Below are positions 46,189-58,774 of a stretch of DNA of 64,000 nt, piece after piece; the first letter of the stretch is position 1, and the number at the start of each line of letters is the position of its first letter. The stretch lies in contig MEDY01000020.1 of NCBI GenBank assembly GCA_001724265.1, positions 62,001-126,000 on the forward strand. Reading direction: 5' to 3'. Below the pieces are notes generated by a model. The model searched no databases. It saw only the letters and a list, made by a program, of their open reading frames with translations, and was not told where the DNA came from. The position numbers and the translations under genes are program-made. Origin of the DNA: Rhizaria sp. SCN 62-66. Lineage: Eukaryota.

Positions 46189-49089
46189 TCACTGGACGGG
46201 GCGCGGCAGCAACTCGTCCCCGCGCGTGAGGGCCGCGGCGAGCAGCGCCTTGACGGGTCCCATGCGCGGCACCATGTCCGGGATGCGTTCCTGGTTGAAC
46301 CGCGCGCACGACTCGCTGACGCGCTGCTGCAGAGTCTCGATGCGCTCGAGAAGCAGCCGCAAGCGCTCGGCCCCGCTGCCCGCACCCGCGCCCGTGCCGG
46401 CGCCGACTTCGACGGCGCGCCAGAAGTTGCGGCAGAGCTCGGCTGCGACGAGGTACTTCTGTCGCGCCTCGGCCTCGGCGTTCGCGCGCCGCTCGTCCCC
46501 CTCAGCGCCGCCGCTGCCACCGCTCTTGCCGCCGCCGCCGCCGGTCAGCAGACTGCTGCTGGCGTCGCCGTCGCCGCCGTCGCCGCCGCCGCTGCCGCCG
46601 ATGACGTATGGCACGGGGGGGCCCAGACGGGGCAGCGTCGTCGCGAGGTAGTTGAGCGCTGTCGCGTGCCCGGTCAAGGCGCGCGGTTGCACCCACGCGC
46701 TGCCCAGCGCCACAGGCGCACTTAAGTGCGACTGCGGCTGCGGCTGGGACTGTGACTGTGACTGTGGGGACGATGCGCTGAGGCCGGGCTCAGGCTTCAC
46801 GCCGCGAGCCGCGGCGCCGCGAGCCTTGCTGCCACTCTTGCCACTCTTGCCATTGCCCGTGCTGGCGCTGCTGGCAGCGCTGTTGTAGCTGGTCTCGATG
46901 GCGGCCAGAAGCGCCGCCGAGCCGGCCCAGCCGCGGGCGCTGCAAAACGCGCGCGCGGCCGCCTCCGCACTCTCGGCAGAGTCGGCGCTGTTTGAGCTGG
47001 CGCTCTTAGTGCTCGCGGCCGCGACGAGGCGTGCCAGCACGCGCGCGGCCTCGCCGCCCACAGCCGTAGCGGCAGTCGCAGCGGGACTCGCAGTCGCAGT
47101 GACGCTCTCTGCGCTCGAGCCGTCATCGGTCATCGCAGCTCCCGTGGGCATAAGCGCGGCGGCCGAGTTGGCCGTGGGCAGGAGGGCCGGCGGCGCGGGC
47201 GCCGGCAACTGCACCACCGCGTCCGCCGGAGCCCGACCTGTCGCAGCTGCGTCTGCACCGGCACCGGCTGTAGACGCGGTCGCAGGCGCGCTGGCGGAGG
47301 CTCTGGTGTTGGTGTTGGTCTGCGGAGCCATACGGATGCGCTTGGGTGCGGCCACGACGTCGCGCATCAGCTCGGGGAAAGCCACGCCCACTGTCACTCC
47401 GGCGTCAGACCCCGCGCCGGTGTTAGCCGCGGTGGGGCTTGTCGCGGGCCGCGCGGTCTCCGGCGGCGTCGGCGTCGCAGTCGCTGCGGCGGCTGAGACG
47501 TTGATGCGGACAGAGGCGGGCTCGGTGGCGGACGCGGCACCGACCGCGATCGTCTTCGCAATCTGCCCGGCCACCGCCCCGGCATTCGCACCAGCAGCAG
47601 CGACACTGGGCCGGGTGCGGACCATTTCCTCCACGAGCAGGCGCGAGTGCGCGTTGAGCGCCGCTACTACCGTGCGCCGGGCGCCCAGCTCCTGCTTCTG
47701 GTGCGCCGTCAGCAGCGCCTCGGGCACGGCGACGTCCTCGTCGGCGGCGCCGCCCACGGCCGCGGCCTCCGCGCCCCAGTCGAGGTGGTCGCCGCGCGTC
47801 TCGCCGAGCGCGAGCGACGCGTCGGCGGCCGCCGTGGTCTCGCCCAGCGCGGGCTTCCGCGCCAACCGCAGCACCGCGGGCGCGCGCGCGGCGGCCTCGG
47901 CCTCGCGCGCGCGCCGCGCCTCGGCGAAGATGCCCTGTCCCTCGCCGTTGAGGTTGCTGCCGCCAACGCTGGCGACCGCTGCGGCGAGTCCGCCCCCTTT
48001 CTCGGCGGCCTCGAGAATGTTGCGCGCTGAGAGCGGGCCGTGGCGCCGGAACGCCACCCAGAACTGGTGCTCGGTCATGGACGTCGGCACGCAGTCGCGA
48101 AAGGCACGCACGACGTCCGGGTGCGTGGCCAGCACCAAGTGGATTGCGTCCACGGGCGGCTCCTTGGAGGCCTCGGCGCGCGCGGCGGCGGCGGCGGCGG
48201 CGGCCGAGTCGGCCGCGGTGCCGCCGCGGGCCGCGTGTTTGTCGCCGGTCTTAATAACGCCCAGCACGGCGTCGAGCGCGGCGTTGGCCACGGGCACGCG
48301 TGCGGCGGCGGCGGTGCGGCCGGCAAGCAGTGCGCCGCGCGACTCCCAGAACTCTTCCTCGCTCACGCCCACGCCTCCACCGCCACCGCTGCTGCTGTTG
48401 CTGTTGCTGTTCGCGGCGGTCTTCGCGGTAGTCTTCGCGCCGGCGGAGCGCACGACCTGGTCGTGGAGGTAGTTGAGCTCTTGGTCGGCCTTGAGAGCAG
48501 CCTCGCGGGCGAGGCGCACCTGCACGAGGCGGTCCTCGATCTTCCTCGCCTCGTCCGCGGCCTTGTTCCTCCTCGCCTCGTCCGCGGCCTTGGCGACGGC
48601 GGCAGCCCTGGCCTCCTCCATCTTCCTCGCCTCGTCCGCAGCCTTGGCGGCGGCGTCCGATGCGGCCTTGGCGTCCTGGATGGTGCTCACGAGGCGTGCC
48701 TTGAGGAGTGCTGCGGGAGCCGACTTGAAGTCGCTACCATCCTCCGCGGCCACATACGCCGGGTCCGGGCTCAGCACGCGCACCTCGACGCTCACGCTCG
48801 CGGAGGCGTCCGCGGCCGAGGGTGGCGCGGGCGCGGCTGGGCTGGGCTGGAACTTCAGCAGGATGCGGTAGCGCTGGTCCGCAGCCGTCTTCTGCGCGTC
48901 GTTGGAGCCCCTGGCGAACTCGATGCGGTCAAGCGGGATAAGGAACTTAAGGTCGCCGCTGGTGGGGATGATGCGCACGGCGTCGCGCGTGACGACGAGC
49001 AGGCCCGCGTGCATGGGGCCCGGCTCGGAGCCCTTGGGCGCCAGGTATCGATACATGACATCGCCCTCGGCCAGGCTCGGGGAGGACAT
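46189..49089 (-). CDS. GTF2H1: TFIIH p62/Tfb1-like subunit (PH domain plus two BSD domains) with Ala-rich insertions (966 aa)
   Basis: N-terminal PH-like strands (GLLVVTRDAVRI...ILLKF); BSD1 L..DQELNYLHDQVV...VSEEEFWESR; BSD2 IHLVLATHPDVVRAFRDCVPTSMTEHQFW; C-terminal ELCRNFW (compare ELLRHFW); ends TGA. Confidence 0.8.
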   Translation of the reverse strand: MSSPSLAEGDVMYRYLAPKGSEPGPMHAGLLVVTRDAVRIIPTSGDLKFLIPLDRIEFARGSNDAQKTAADQRYRILLKFQPSPAAPAPPSAADASASVSVEVRVLSPDPAYVAAEDGSDFKSAPAALLKARLVSTIQDAKAASDAAAKAADEARKMEEARAAAVAKAADEARRNKAADEARKIEDRLVQVRLAREAALKADQELNYLHDQVVRSAGAKTTAKTAANSNSNSSSGGGGGVGVSEEEFWESRGALLAGRTAAAARVPVANAALDAVLGVIKTGDKHAARGGTAADSAAAAAAAARAEASKEPPVDAIHLVLATHPDVVRAFRDCVPTSMTEHQFWVAFRRHGPLSARNILEAAEKGGGLAAAVASVGGSNLNGEGQGIFAEARRAREAEAAARAPAVLRLARKPALGETTAAADASLALGETRGDHLDWGAEAAAVGGAADEDVAVPEALLTAHQKQELGARRTVVAALNAHSRLLVEEMVRTRPSVAAAGANAGAVAGQIAKTIAVGAASATEPASVRINVSAAAATATPTPPETARPATSPTAANTGAGSDAGVTVGVAFPELMRDVVAAPKRIRMAPQTNTNTRASASAPATASTAGAGADAAATGRAPADAVVQLPAPAPPALLPTANSAAALMPTGAAMTDDGSSAESVTATASPAATAATAVGGEAARVLARLVAAASTKSASSNSADSAESAEAAARAFCSARGWAGSAALLAAIETSYNSAASSASTGNGKSGKSGSKARGAAARGVKPEPGLSASSPQSQSQSQPQPQSHLSAPVALGSAWVQPRALTGHATALNYLATTLPRLGPPVPYVIGGSGGGDGGDGDASSSLLTGGGGGKSGGSGGAEGDERRANAEAEARQKYLVAAELCRNFWRAVEVGAGTGAGAGSGAERLRLLLERIETLQQRVSESCARFNQERIPDMVPRMGPVKALLAAALTRGDELLPRPVQ

Positions 49090-49474
49090 GCCGCGCGCGG
49101 GGATTAGGACCCGGAATGGGAGAGAACTAAAAGGTTTACGCACAAAAAGTGAGCGGAGCGCTTCTGTGGGCTACGGTCTAGGACGAAAGAGTTCGGTGCG
49201 TTTGCAGGCAAGAAGAAGGCGACGACAGCAGATCAGGAGGATTAGAACGTCAAATAGAGACGCCAAATTGTCACAAAGACCAATTAATGTTGTTAAATTA
49301 TAAATCAAATTTGCGGATATCCCAGCTCAGTATGTATCAACTTCGAGGTCTTTTTCGATCCAATACTCATCTGTCGCTTTCCACGACTTCAACGGATCCC
49401 CTCCCCAACATGACACCCGCCCCTCGCACAGTCCCTGACCAGTTTCCATCCCGGCTGCCAAGCGACCGCGCGCG

Positions 49475-51214
49475 ATGTCCAAGTACCTGACGTGCCAGGA
49501 CGACGTGAGCGAGGTGGGCGCGCTGGTGTGCCTGCACTGCCACTCGTGGGAAGTGCCCACTTGCTCTGACCACGGGCCTATGTCCTGGCCCACCAGCGAG
49601 CCCTCGGACCCGTCCTGCATGTGCACGCCGCACCCGCCGGCGTCCGCGCGCCGCTGGGGTCCGCAACCAGCGCCGGACGCGTGGCGCGCGCTCCCGTCTG
49701 CGCCCGCGGTACGCGTGGGCGTGCGCTGCCACTCGTGCGCGCTCGAAGTCTTCGAGTCTTAGCCCTGGTGCTGGCGCTGCGTCGACTGCGACGCGCCCTC
49801 GCCCGGAGCCGTCCGCTTCCTCCGCTTCCGCGCCGCCGCGGGGGTTGCCTTCCGCGCCGCCGCGGCGCCCGGGGACGGCGCGGGGTCCTTTCCCATCTGC
49901 CCGCTGCAGTCGGACACGTTAGGCGACGCAGGCGGCGGCGGCCGGCCGAGTGCGCGGCCGCAGCCGGTGGCATTCGCGGGCTACCTCGCGCGCTGCCAGC
50001 TCTGCGCCGCCGCCGCGCCGGTGCTCCGCGCCGAGAGCAGCGCGCACTACGCCGCCGGCGACGCCGCCGCCTTGGCAGTCGCAACCGCCGCCGCCAGGGC
50101 AGAAGCAGCCGCCGCAAAGCGCGAGGGCAATGGGACCGCGGCTGATGGGACTACGACGGAGGCGAATGCGGCTGTGAGTGAGGCGCAGCTGCAGCAACAG
50201 CCTGCTCTTGAGCCGGAGCCGGGGCTGGCGAGTTCCGCAGTGGAGCTGTCCCGCGGGGTCGAGGGCGCGCTGCGCGTGTGCCGGCCCTGCGACGCGTCCG
50301 TGGCCGTGCGCCACTTCCGCGAAAACAACAGTCACCTCTTCACAAAGCGCGGCAACAATAACAACAACACCGCGAACGGCAACGCAGTGACTGGGCAGAA
50401 TGCCGATTCAGCAACAGCCGCGGGAGCAGCGGCCGAGGACGAGGAGGATCTGGCGGCGTACGACGACGCGGCCGTGGTGGCGGCGCTGCGCAGCGCGTGG
50501 GCCCGCAAGCTCGAGCACCACGGCGCCCAGTGCGCGCTGCTGGGCGGCGACGCGGCCGTGGTCGTGGAGCCCATCTCGACCGTGGCTGCGGCGGCCGAGA
50601 ACCTGTGCCGCTACACCACGGGTCCTGCGCGGCGGCCGGCGCCGGCTGTGCGGCTGCAGCAGCGCTGCGAGCACCCTGATGGCCACGTTGGCGACGCCGA
50701 CGGCAGCAACAACGACAGCGACGCCGCGGACCGCGACTGCGGGGGCGTCGCCGTGCGCAGCGCGCTGGGTCAGACGGTCGCCGTCGCGGGCGCGGGCCCC
50801 GCCGACAGCGAGCGCTGGGGCTCCTGCGACGCGCTGCCGTGGCTCGCGCCGCTGGCCGCGGATGAGCAGGAGCGCGAGGCCCTGCGTGCCGCCGCCGCGT
50901 AGATTGCGCGGGCGCGCGGTGCTCAGGTCCACGCGGCGGCGGCGACGACTGGGGCGACGCTGGGGGCGACGCTTGGGCGCGCGGTGGACTCGGTGGCGCT
51001 GCGCACCGAGCTCGAGAGCGCTCTTGGCAGCGGCTGCAGCGACAGCATTGGCGGCAGAGCTCTCGAGACTGTGGGCGGATCTGCTGTGCACACACAGCCG
51101 ACTCCCGCGCAGAGTCTGGACCAGAGACCGGGGCAGGGGCGCGCGGCACGGGAGCGCGCCGTGGCTGCCGAGTGGGCGCGGCGCGAGACTAGGATGCCCG
51201 GACTCGGTCGTTGA
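49475..51214 (+). CDS. Cys-rich hypothetical protein (579 aa) with two in-frame TAG codons (49760, 50900)
   Basis: ORFs 49475..49762, 49967..50902 and 50984..51214 share one frame with only TAG between them; CxxC-type pairs on both sides of the first TAG (CLHC, CHSC | CWRCVDC, CQLC, CRPC); ends TGA. Confidence 0.6.
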
Positions 51215-52105
51215 GCGCGAGAGCGGGTTGTGCGCGCCTTTTTTGCTCTGGTGCGTGTTACATGTACCGTGTGGCTTGCGCCTCTCGAAAGCTCTTGTTG
51301 TGGGGGCTTTGACTTTGGGCAATGATTGATTTTTATTGATTAGATTTTAATGATTACTGAATAATGAACTTAAAGAACTAAAATTACGCTGCCGTGAAAT
51401 CGCGAGATATTGACAAACTTGTTGAGTGTGCATTACAAACGAAATGGAGGAACGTCATCCTCAGAGTAACACGAACTGCAAACCTCAATCGAACTGCGTG
51501 TTTGGAGTTCGATGATTATAATAATGAGATTTGCCAGAATGAGACTTTCTTATCTAACATACGAGTGAATTTTGTACACAAAAGCATTTGTTTATCGACG
51601 TTGCGAGCGGGTATTGACTTCTATAATGTCACGTCATACGTATTACAAGCTTGATTATTGTATAAATACATCGCTTTTTGATATTTCAGAGTTAAATAAA
51701 CATGTTTTTCTTTACACCCAACCATTTTCCAGACACATATCCAAAGTGTTAAGTGATTAGTGGCCAAATAATGCGGTATTGACACAAAACATCGTTTACT
51801 TGCCAAGGGCCACAAATGAAATCTGGGGGGTACCAAGGGTGAGTGACAACGCCTCATTTTGAACGGAGATATGCTCGAGCGCTTAATCGTAAATCAGTGA
51901 TTAGCGCCCCTGTTATACATATGCCGCTTACTTATAATGATCATACTTCTGTGGTTCTTGATTACATTTTGATTAAACCTTACGTGTACGTCTGTTTATC
52001 TCCCCCTCTCACCAGGCTGCCCGCTTGGTCTCCTTTTCATAGCCCGACTTTCTCCTTCTCACCCGCCCCGTTTCCGCGCCCATCACCCGAGCCGCTGGGT
52101 TAACG

Positions 52106-52627
52106 ATGGGCAACACCCCCTCGGCGGACTCGCCCGACGCCGCCGTCGGTTCTGCGGCGACGTCCGCGCAGCCCGCGGGCCAGTTCCGCGGTGTCATCGC
52201 GACCACTTTTTCGGCACCCGCGCGCCGCCCTCGTTCGGGGTCTCGCTCCGACGACAGCGACGGCGCTGCGTCTGCGGACAAGGATGGCGACTATGTCGAC
52301 GATGACGACGACGGTGCGCTTGTGTTTGCCGCCGTCACCTCAACACCCGCCTCGCCCGCGCCCGCCACAGCCTCTGCCTCTGCCACCGCCTCCTCCGCCG
52401 CCGCTGCCTCACCAACCCCCGCGTCCCCCGTGCCCGTCGTCTCGGCCGCGGCCGGCGCCGGGCCCGCGGACGCGGACACGGATGACGGCGACGGCGCGCT
52501 GCTGGCGGACACGCGCGTGGAGGTGCTGCTGCGCGCGGGCCAGGCCGAGGCTGCCGCGGCGCTGCTGAGGGAGCGTCAGCAGCGCAGGGCCGCGCGCCTC
52601 GCCCGCAAGCTCAAGCGCCAACAGAAT

Positions 52628-52658
<31 letters not shown>

Positions 52659-55600
52659 CGCAAGACGAGCAATCAACCGACCAGTCGCCGCCACATGAAG
52701 CCGCGGCTTCTGAGGGCAATCAGCTGCCCGAGGCCCAGGCGGCGCCTCTGTCTGAGGCGGCGCCTCTGTCTGAGGCGGCGCCAGAGTTTGCATCCCATTC
52801 CGCCGCTCCTGTCTCTGCGCCCGAGCCCGACGCAGCGTCTGTTGCCGCCGCCGCCGCTGCCGCAGCCCCCGTCCCCGAGCAGTTGCCCGCCCTTGTCCCG
52901 GCCCCGGCTCCCGACCCGGCCCCTGCGGCGGCTCCGTGTCTGCGGTCGCTGCTGCCTGTTCTGCGCTCGCGCGGCGTGACCAACCTCGGTCAGACGTGCT
53001 ACCTGGCGGCCGCGCTGCACGTCGCCGCGCTCATCCCGGGGCTGCCCCGCGCCGCCGCCGACGCCGCGCGCGCTCTCGCGCCCGCACGCGTCGCAGACGC
53101 CTTCACACCCCTCCCCGCTCCGGTCGCAGCTGCACCAGCAACTGCGGCGGCGGCCTCTGCGTCCGGCACCAAGACTGCAGGGACTGCGCACAAGGCTGCG
53201 CCCACGACAGCGGCTGCGTCTGCTGCAGTGCCGGCGACAGTGTCAGCGACAGCGTCAGCGTCAGCGTCAGCACCGCGCGCCGTGCAGCGGGTCGTGCGTG
53301 CGCCCTTCTCTCCGACGGAGGCCGCGCCGCTGCCGCCGCCGCCCGCGCGCGCGCCCAAGACGCTGCCGCGCGTGGTGGCGCTGCCGCCGCCGCTGTCGCT
53401 CTTCACGCCGCAGCAGGCCCCCGCGGCGCTGCTGGCCGCCGCACTGCGCCGCCTCGCCGCCGCCGCGCACGCTGTCCGCACCGTGCGCGCCGTTGCGGGC
53501 AAGGCCGATAAAGCGGGCCAGGCCGATAAAGCTGACAAGAGCGGGAACGACAGTGCCGTCAAGAGCAAGAACAGTCATGGACGCACGCGTAGTGCTGCTG
53601 CGGCGGCTGAGCGCAGTGCGCGTGCAAGCGCGCGTGCGGAGACGATGCGGCTCTACTTTGACACGCGGCTCGTCTTCGGTGGGCGGTTTGACGTCGAACC
53701 TGCCGCCAACGGCGACGATTGCGCCAGCAGCAGTCACAGCGACAACGACAGCTCTAGCGACAGCAGCCTGAGCGACACCACCGACGACGAGGACTTCGAC
53801 CGTGGCGTCGCGACCACTTCTGTCGTCGCGCGCACCAACAGCAACGCTGCGAGCGCTAACAATAGCAACAACAACAGCAGCAGCAGTCCCGTGGCGCATG
53901 CGACCGCTCCTGAGGCGGCGTCCGCTGCCGCCGACGCGAGTAACAACGCTTCTGCTGCATCCTCGCCTTCCCCTGCGCCCGCGCCCGCGCATGCGCCTGT
54001 GTCCGCGCCCGCGTCTGCACCAGCTGCGGTGCCGGCGCGGCCGCGTCGCTTCCGCCCGCTGTCGGCCGCGACGGTGGGCTCGCTGAAGCGCGCGCTAGAC
54101 ACGGTGCCGGGTCTGTCGTCGTTCCGCGGGACGGACGCGCCGCACGACGCGCTCGAGTACCTGCTCACGCTGCTCTCGGCCGTGCACTACCACGCCGTCG
54201 TCGCCGCTGCCGTCCGCACCCGCGCCGCGCGCAAACGCGCCCTGCGCCGCCTGAGCAGCAGCAACAGCAGTCGCAGCAGTGCCGACGCCGCGGCGCAGTC
54301 TCCTGCCGCGGCCGCCGCGAGCGCGGCGCTGCCCGCGGTGAGCGTGCTACCCGCGCAGCTGGACCCGTTGTCGCTGACGCGCACGCTCACGGGCCGCGTG
54401 ACGGTTCCCGCGGCGGCGTGGGCGCGCGCAGTCGACGCCGCCGAGGCCTCTGCGCGCGCCTGGGCCGGGGCCCTCGAGCGCGCGCGCGCGCTGCTGGCCG
54501 ACACGCTGCCGCGCCTCGCGCGCGCGCAACCCGCTGCCGCGGTCGCCGCCGCCGCGCTCGCAGCGGGCGCCGCGCATGACATCAACATCAACGCCGGCGG
54601 CGCGCAGTCTGCGGACTCGCCGGAGCAGGGCTGGTACACTGTGCTGCCGCGCCTTACGGCCGCGCTCGACCGTGCAGAGGCATCCACAGCGGCCGCAACC
54701 GCGACTGCGCCTGCGGGTGCTGGCGCCGCTGCGGCGGGCGACGCTGCGGCGGCCACGGCGGCGGCGGCAGCGGCGCTTGCGTCGGGCGTGGAGGCCGCCT
54801 CCCTGGTCTCCGCGCTGCCCGCGCCTGTGCTCTGGACCTGGCTCTTTGTCCCTCCCCACGGCAGCGCGAATGGCGCCGCAAACACCGGCGACGCGGACAG
54901 TGCTGTGGCCGGCAGCGCGGCGGCGGAGGGCGCCGCACAGCCAAGCTTTGCGGAGGCGACCGCGGGCGTGCTCGCCGCGGCGTGGCGCCGGCACTGCTCC
55001 GCGCGCGGCGCGTCCGACGTAGGCCGCGACCTGAGCTCGCTGCTGCTCGAGGTCGCCATAACGCCCGCCTCGGGCGAGGCCGCGCTCGTGGCCACCGTCG
55101 GCGTCTTCACAAACGTGCCCCTGCTCACGGTCACCGCCGACGCGCAGAGCATGGGCAGCAGCCCTGGCGCCAGCGCACCTTTCCCTGCGCTTTCCCTTGC
55201 GAGCTCTGTGGCAGCCCCGTCGGCCGCTGCTGCGAGCGAAGCCAAGAGCAAGGACGAAAGCAAAGCTGCTGCCGCGAACGCGCCTGCAAACGCGACTGCA
55301 ACGACGGACCTGACGGACACGGACGACGACGACTCGACCTCAGCTGTCGCCGCCGTGGCCGCCGCTGTGGCCGCCAACCCCGCGCTCGCGGGCCGCCGCC
55401 GCCCGCGCAACAGCAGCGACGACACTGACGCCTGCTCCGACGCGGACAGCGACGCTGAGGCCGAGGCCGAGGCCGAGGCTGAGTCCGCGGAGGCGGAAGC
55501 TGACGAGGCGGGCGCGCGCTGCGGCCGCCAAGCGGGCGCTGCGGTCGAGGGCATGGGCCCCTGCACGTGCCCGAAGCCCGACGCGGCGGCCTCCGCGCCC

Positions 55601-58459
55601 GCCGCCGCGTCCGACAGCGCAGTCGCTGCCGCTGCCTCACCGCGTGTGGACTCGCGGTCGCCGTCGCCGGCCTCCGCTGCCGCTGCCGCTGCCCCGGTGC
55701 TGTCCGCGAGCGACGCGGCGGCGATCGCGGCTGTGACCGCGCTGGCTGCGCGCGCCGCGGCCGCAGTGTCCCGGCTCGCGCGGCGCACGCGCGCGCACGC
55801 CGCGCACCTGCGACAGCTCGGCGCCGTGGCCGCCGCGGCGGCGGGCGCGGCGGGCGCGCAGGCCGAGGCTGAGGCCGAGAGCGCGCGCACCCTGCAGACG
55901 GCGCGCCGCGCACACGTGCGCTGGGTGGAGCGCCGTGCTCGTCGGGCCCGCGCCGCGCGGCTGGGGCTTGAGGACTCGGACGCGGAGAACGGCGCCGCCG
56001 ACTGCTACTCGGATACCGAGGACGAACAAGTTGCTGCTGCGCAGCAGGCTGAGCCGCAGCAGGATGTTGGCAAGGCAGATATTGTGACCGAAATTAGCGC
56101 TGAGGTAGTACCTGAGGCCGATGCAAGTGCTGATGTTGATGCCGAAGAGGGCTTTAGTACTCCTATTGCTGTCGCAGCCGAGCCTGTCGCTAAGCTTATC
56201 GAGCCCTCTGTAGCCTCCGCTGTCGAGTCTGCTGCTTCCGATGCTGCTAGCACAGACTCTGCTGCGGCTGTGGCGGCCGCCTCCGTCTCTGCTGCAGAGT
56301 CCACTGCGATTGCAGATCTTGTTGCTGTAACCGAGTCTGCTGTGGCTGTGTGCCCGCAGCATGGCGCATTCTCGCCTCGCTCCATGCGCCCGCGCTCGCG
56401 CGCCAACACGCAGTCCCTCTCTCCGCTGCCGGTGTCCCCCGCTCCTGCTCCTGTGTCCGCCCCTGTTGCCCCTGTGCCTGTACCTGCGCCTGTGTTAAGC
56501 GCGAGCGCTGGCCCCGCAGTGAGCGCAGTGAGCGCCGTGAGCGCTGGCGGCGCGGTGTCGGTGCTCGCGTCGCTGGCGCTGGCGTTCCCATCGCGCCCGC
56601 CCGCGGCGTCGGCGCTGCCGCTGCCGCCGCCGCCCTGCGCGCTCGACGGCGCACTCGCGGCGCGCGCGGCGGCCGTGGCGGCGGCGACGGCGGCGCTGGG
56701 GGAGGTCATGGCCCGCGAGCGCGCCGAGGTCGCCATGGCCGTGCGCGTCGCGCGCGCGCTGCATCGCGACGAGGCCGCCGCGCGCCGCAAGCAGGAGGAG
56801 AAGGAACGCGACGCAGCGCAAGCTGCCGCCGACGCCAAGGCCGCCGCCGATGCCAAGACCGCAGCGGTCGCCGCGGCCGCTGCTGCTGCTGAGGCCGATG
56901 CTGAAGTCAAGACCAAGGCCAATGCTGAGTCTGAGGCCAAGACGGAGGCAGAACCCGAGACCGGGTCGAAGACTGAGGTTAATGCTGACGCGCCTGCTGA
57001 TGCCATTTCTGACGCTGTGACTCATGCTGCTGATGCTAAGGCTGTGCCTGAGCCTGACGTGGCTGCGTCCACTACTGTCGAGCCGAATACGGTTCTCTCT
57101 GCTGCTGCGGACGCTGAGCCCGCTGCCGCCCAGTCCGAGGCCGACGCCGAGGCTGCGGCCGCTGCAGAGGCTGTGGCTGAGGCGAAGGCTGATGCCGAAG
57201 CCAAGGCCAAGGCGGAAGCCGACGCAGAGCACCGGCGGCAGCGCCGCCGCTCCGCGCTGGCCTCGTTGCCGCCGGTGCCGTATCCGTTCCCCTCCTCCGT
57301 GGCCGCGCCGTGGATCCCTCTGCCGGGCCTCGCGCCCGGCGACCCCGTGCCCGCCTCCGCGCTTCCCGTCTCGACTCCCGCATGCGTGCCTGCTACTGCC
57401 GCAGCTGCGGCTGAGAGCGTCGTGGCGGCGGCCGTGCTGCCCGCCGCGCTGCAGCCGCCCGCGCCGCTGCTGCCACATGTCGCCGCGTTCCTGCCCGCGC
57501 GCCCGCTGCGGTTGTGCCGCACCGTCGTGAAGCCGCCCGCCGTAGCGTTGCTGCGGCTCGACCGCACCGGCGACGCCGCGCAGGCCTCCGCGCGCGCCGC
57601 CGCCGCCGCGCTCGCCGCCGCCACGGGCGAAGACGACGGCTTCGGCGACGACGACGCCGGCGATGACGGTCAGAACGACGGCAACCTTGTCGGTCAGGGC
57701 ACCAGCGTTGCGACGGAGGGCGCGGGCTCAGCTGCAGCGGCATCTGCCGCCGCTGCTGCTGCGGCCTCCGCCGCTGCCGCCGCCGCGTCCGGCTCCGGCA
57801 GCCGGTCCATGTGGTCCTGGCTGCCATGGGCTCGCTCTGACGCCGACGCCGCCGCTGCCGCGGCAGCTGCCGCCGCTGCCAGCGCGAACAGCAGCAGCAA
57901 CAGCAGCAGTCTGAGCGGGAGCAGCAGCAGTTCGTCGCTATTCGGCTTCGGTGGGCAGTCCAAGGCGACGGCGCCCGTGTCTCTGCCGCTGTCTGCGCCG
58001 CTGTTCGGCCAGCACCGCCTTACGCGCGCGCTCGCCGCCGCGCTCCGCACCGCCGCCACCACCGCCGCCGCCACCGCCGCTAGCAGTGGCGCCTCTGCGT
58101 CCGACGCCACCGCTGATGTCGACGCGCGCGCTGGCGCGCTGCAGCGCCTGTGCGACGACGCCGACGCTTGGGAGCTCTCTTGCGTCGACCCCGGTGCGTT
58201 AGCACTTAGCGCCGGCGCGATCAGCGCTGCGGGCGGCGCGGGCGCGGCGTACTCGCTGCGCGGGCTCGTGACGCACTCCGGCGCGTCCCGCGCTGGAGGG
58301 CACTACGCAGCCGTGCAGGCGGCGCGCGGCGACGGCGTGTGGTACGTGCTCGACGACGCCGCCGTCACGCCGCTGCTGCTCAACGCGCCCGCGGTCTCCT
58401 CGCGCGACGCGTACGTCGCAGTCTATGTCCGCGAACAGACGGCTGGCGCGCGGCCCTGA
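52106..58459 (+). CDS. Ubiquitin-specific protease (peptidase C19) with a highly fragmented catalytic domain (2,117 aa)
   Basis: Cys box GVTNLGQTCYLAAALH, HDALEYLLTLLSAVH, His box YSLRGLVTHSG...GGHYAA...WYVLDDAAV, terminal AYVAVYVRE; N-terminal MGNTPS fits an N-myristoylation motif; ends TGA. Confidence 0.85.
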
Positions 58460-58774
58460 GCCAACATAAGTTATGCGTGCTGAATGACATGATCTTGGTC
58501 GTTGTACGTGTTGTTGGTGGTCTATGCTAATGTGATAAACATGTTCAATTGTTATTGAGATTACAAATAATAACTCTAGAATAAATTATTAAGGCTTTTT
58601 TCCAAATTCTATGTTATCTATTTCAGTCACAGCATCTGTGCTGAATTATTAAACTAAAATCTACTCAAAATGTCATCATGCGAACACAAAAATATTATCA
58701 AAAATACAACAGCATTCATCAAGACAGTTTCCTTGTCACTGCACACCCTTCTATCAAAATCGATACAGTTAACG

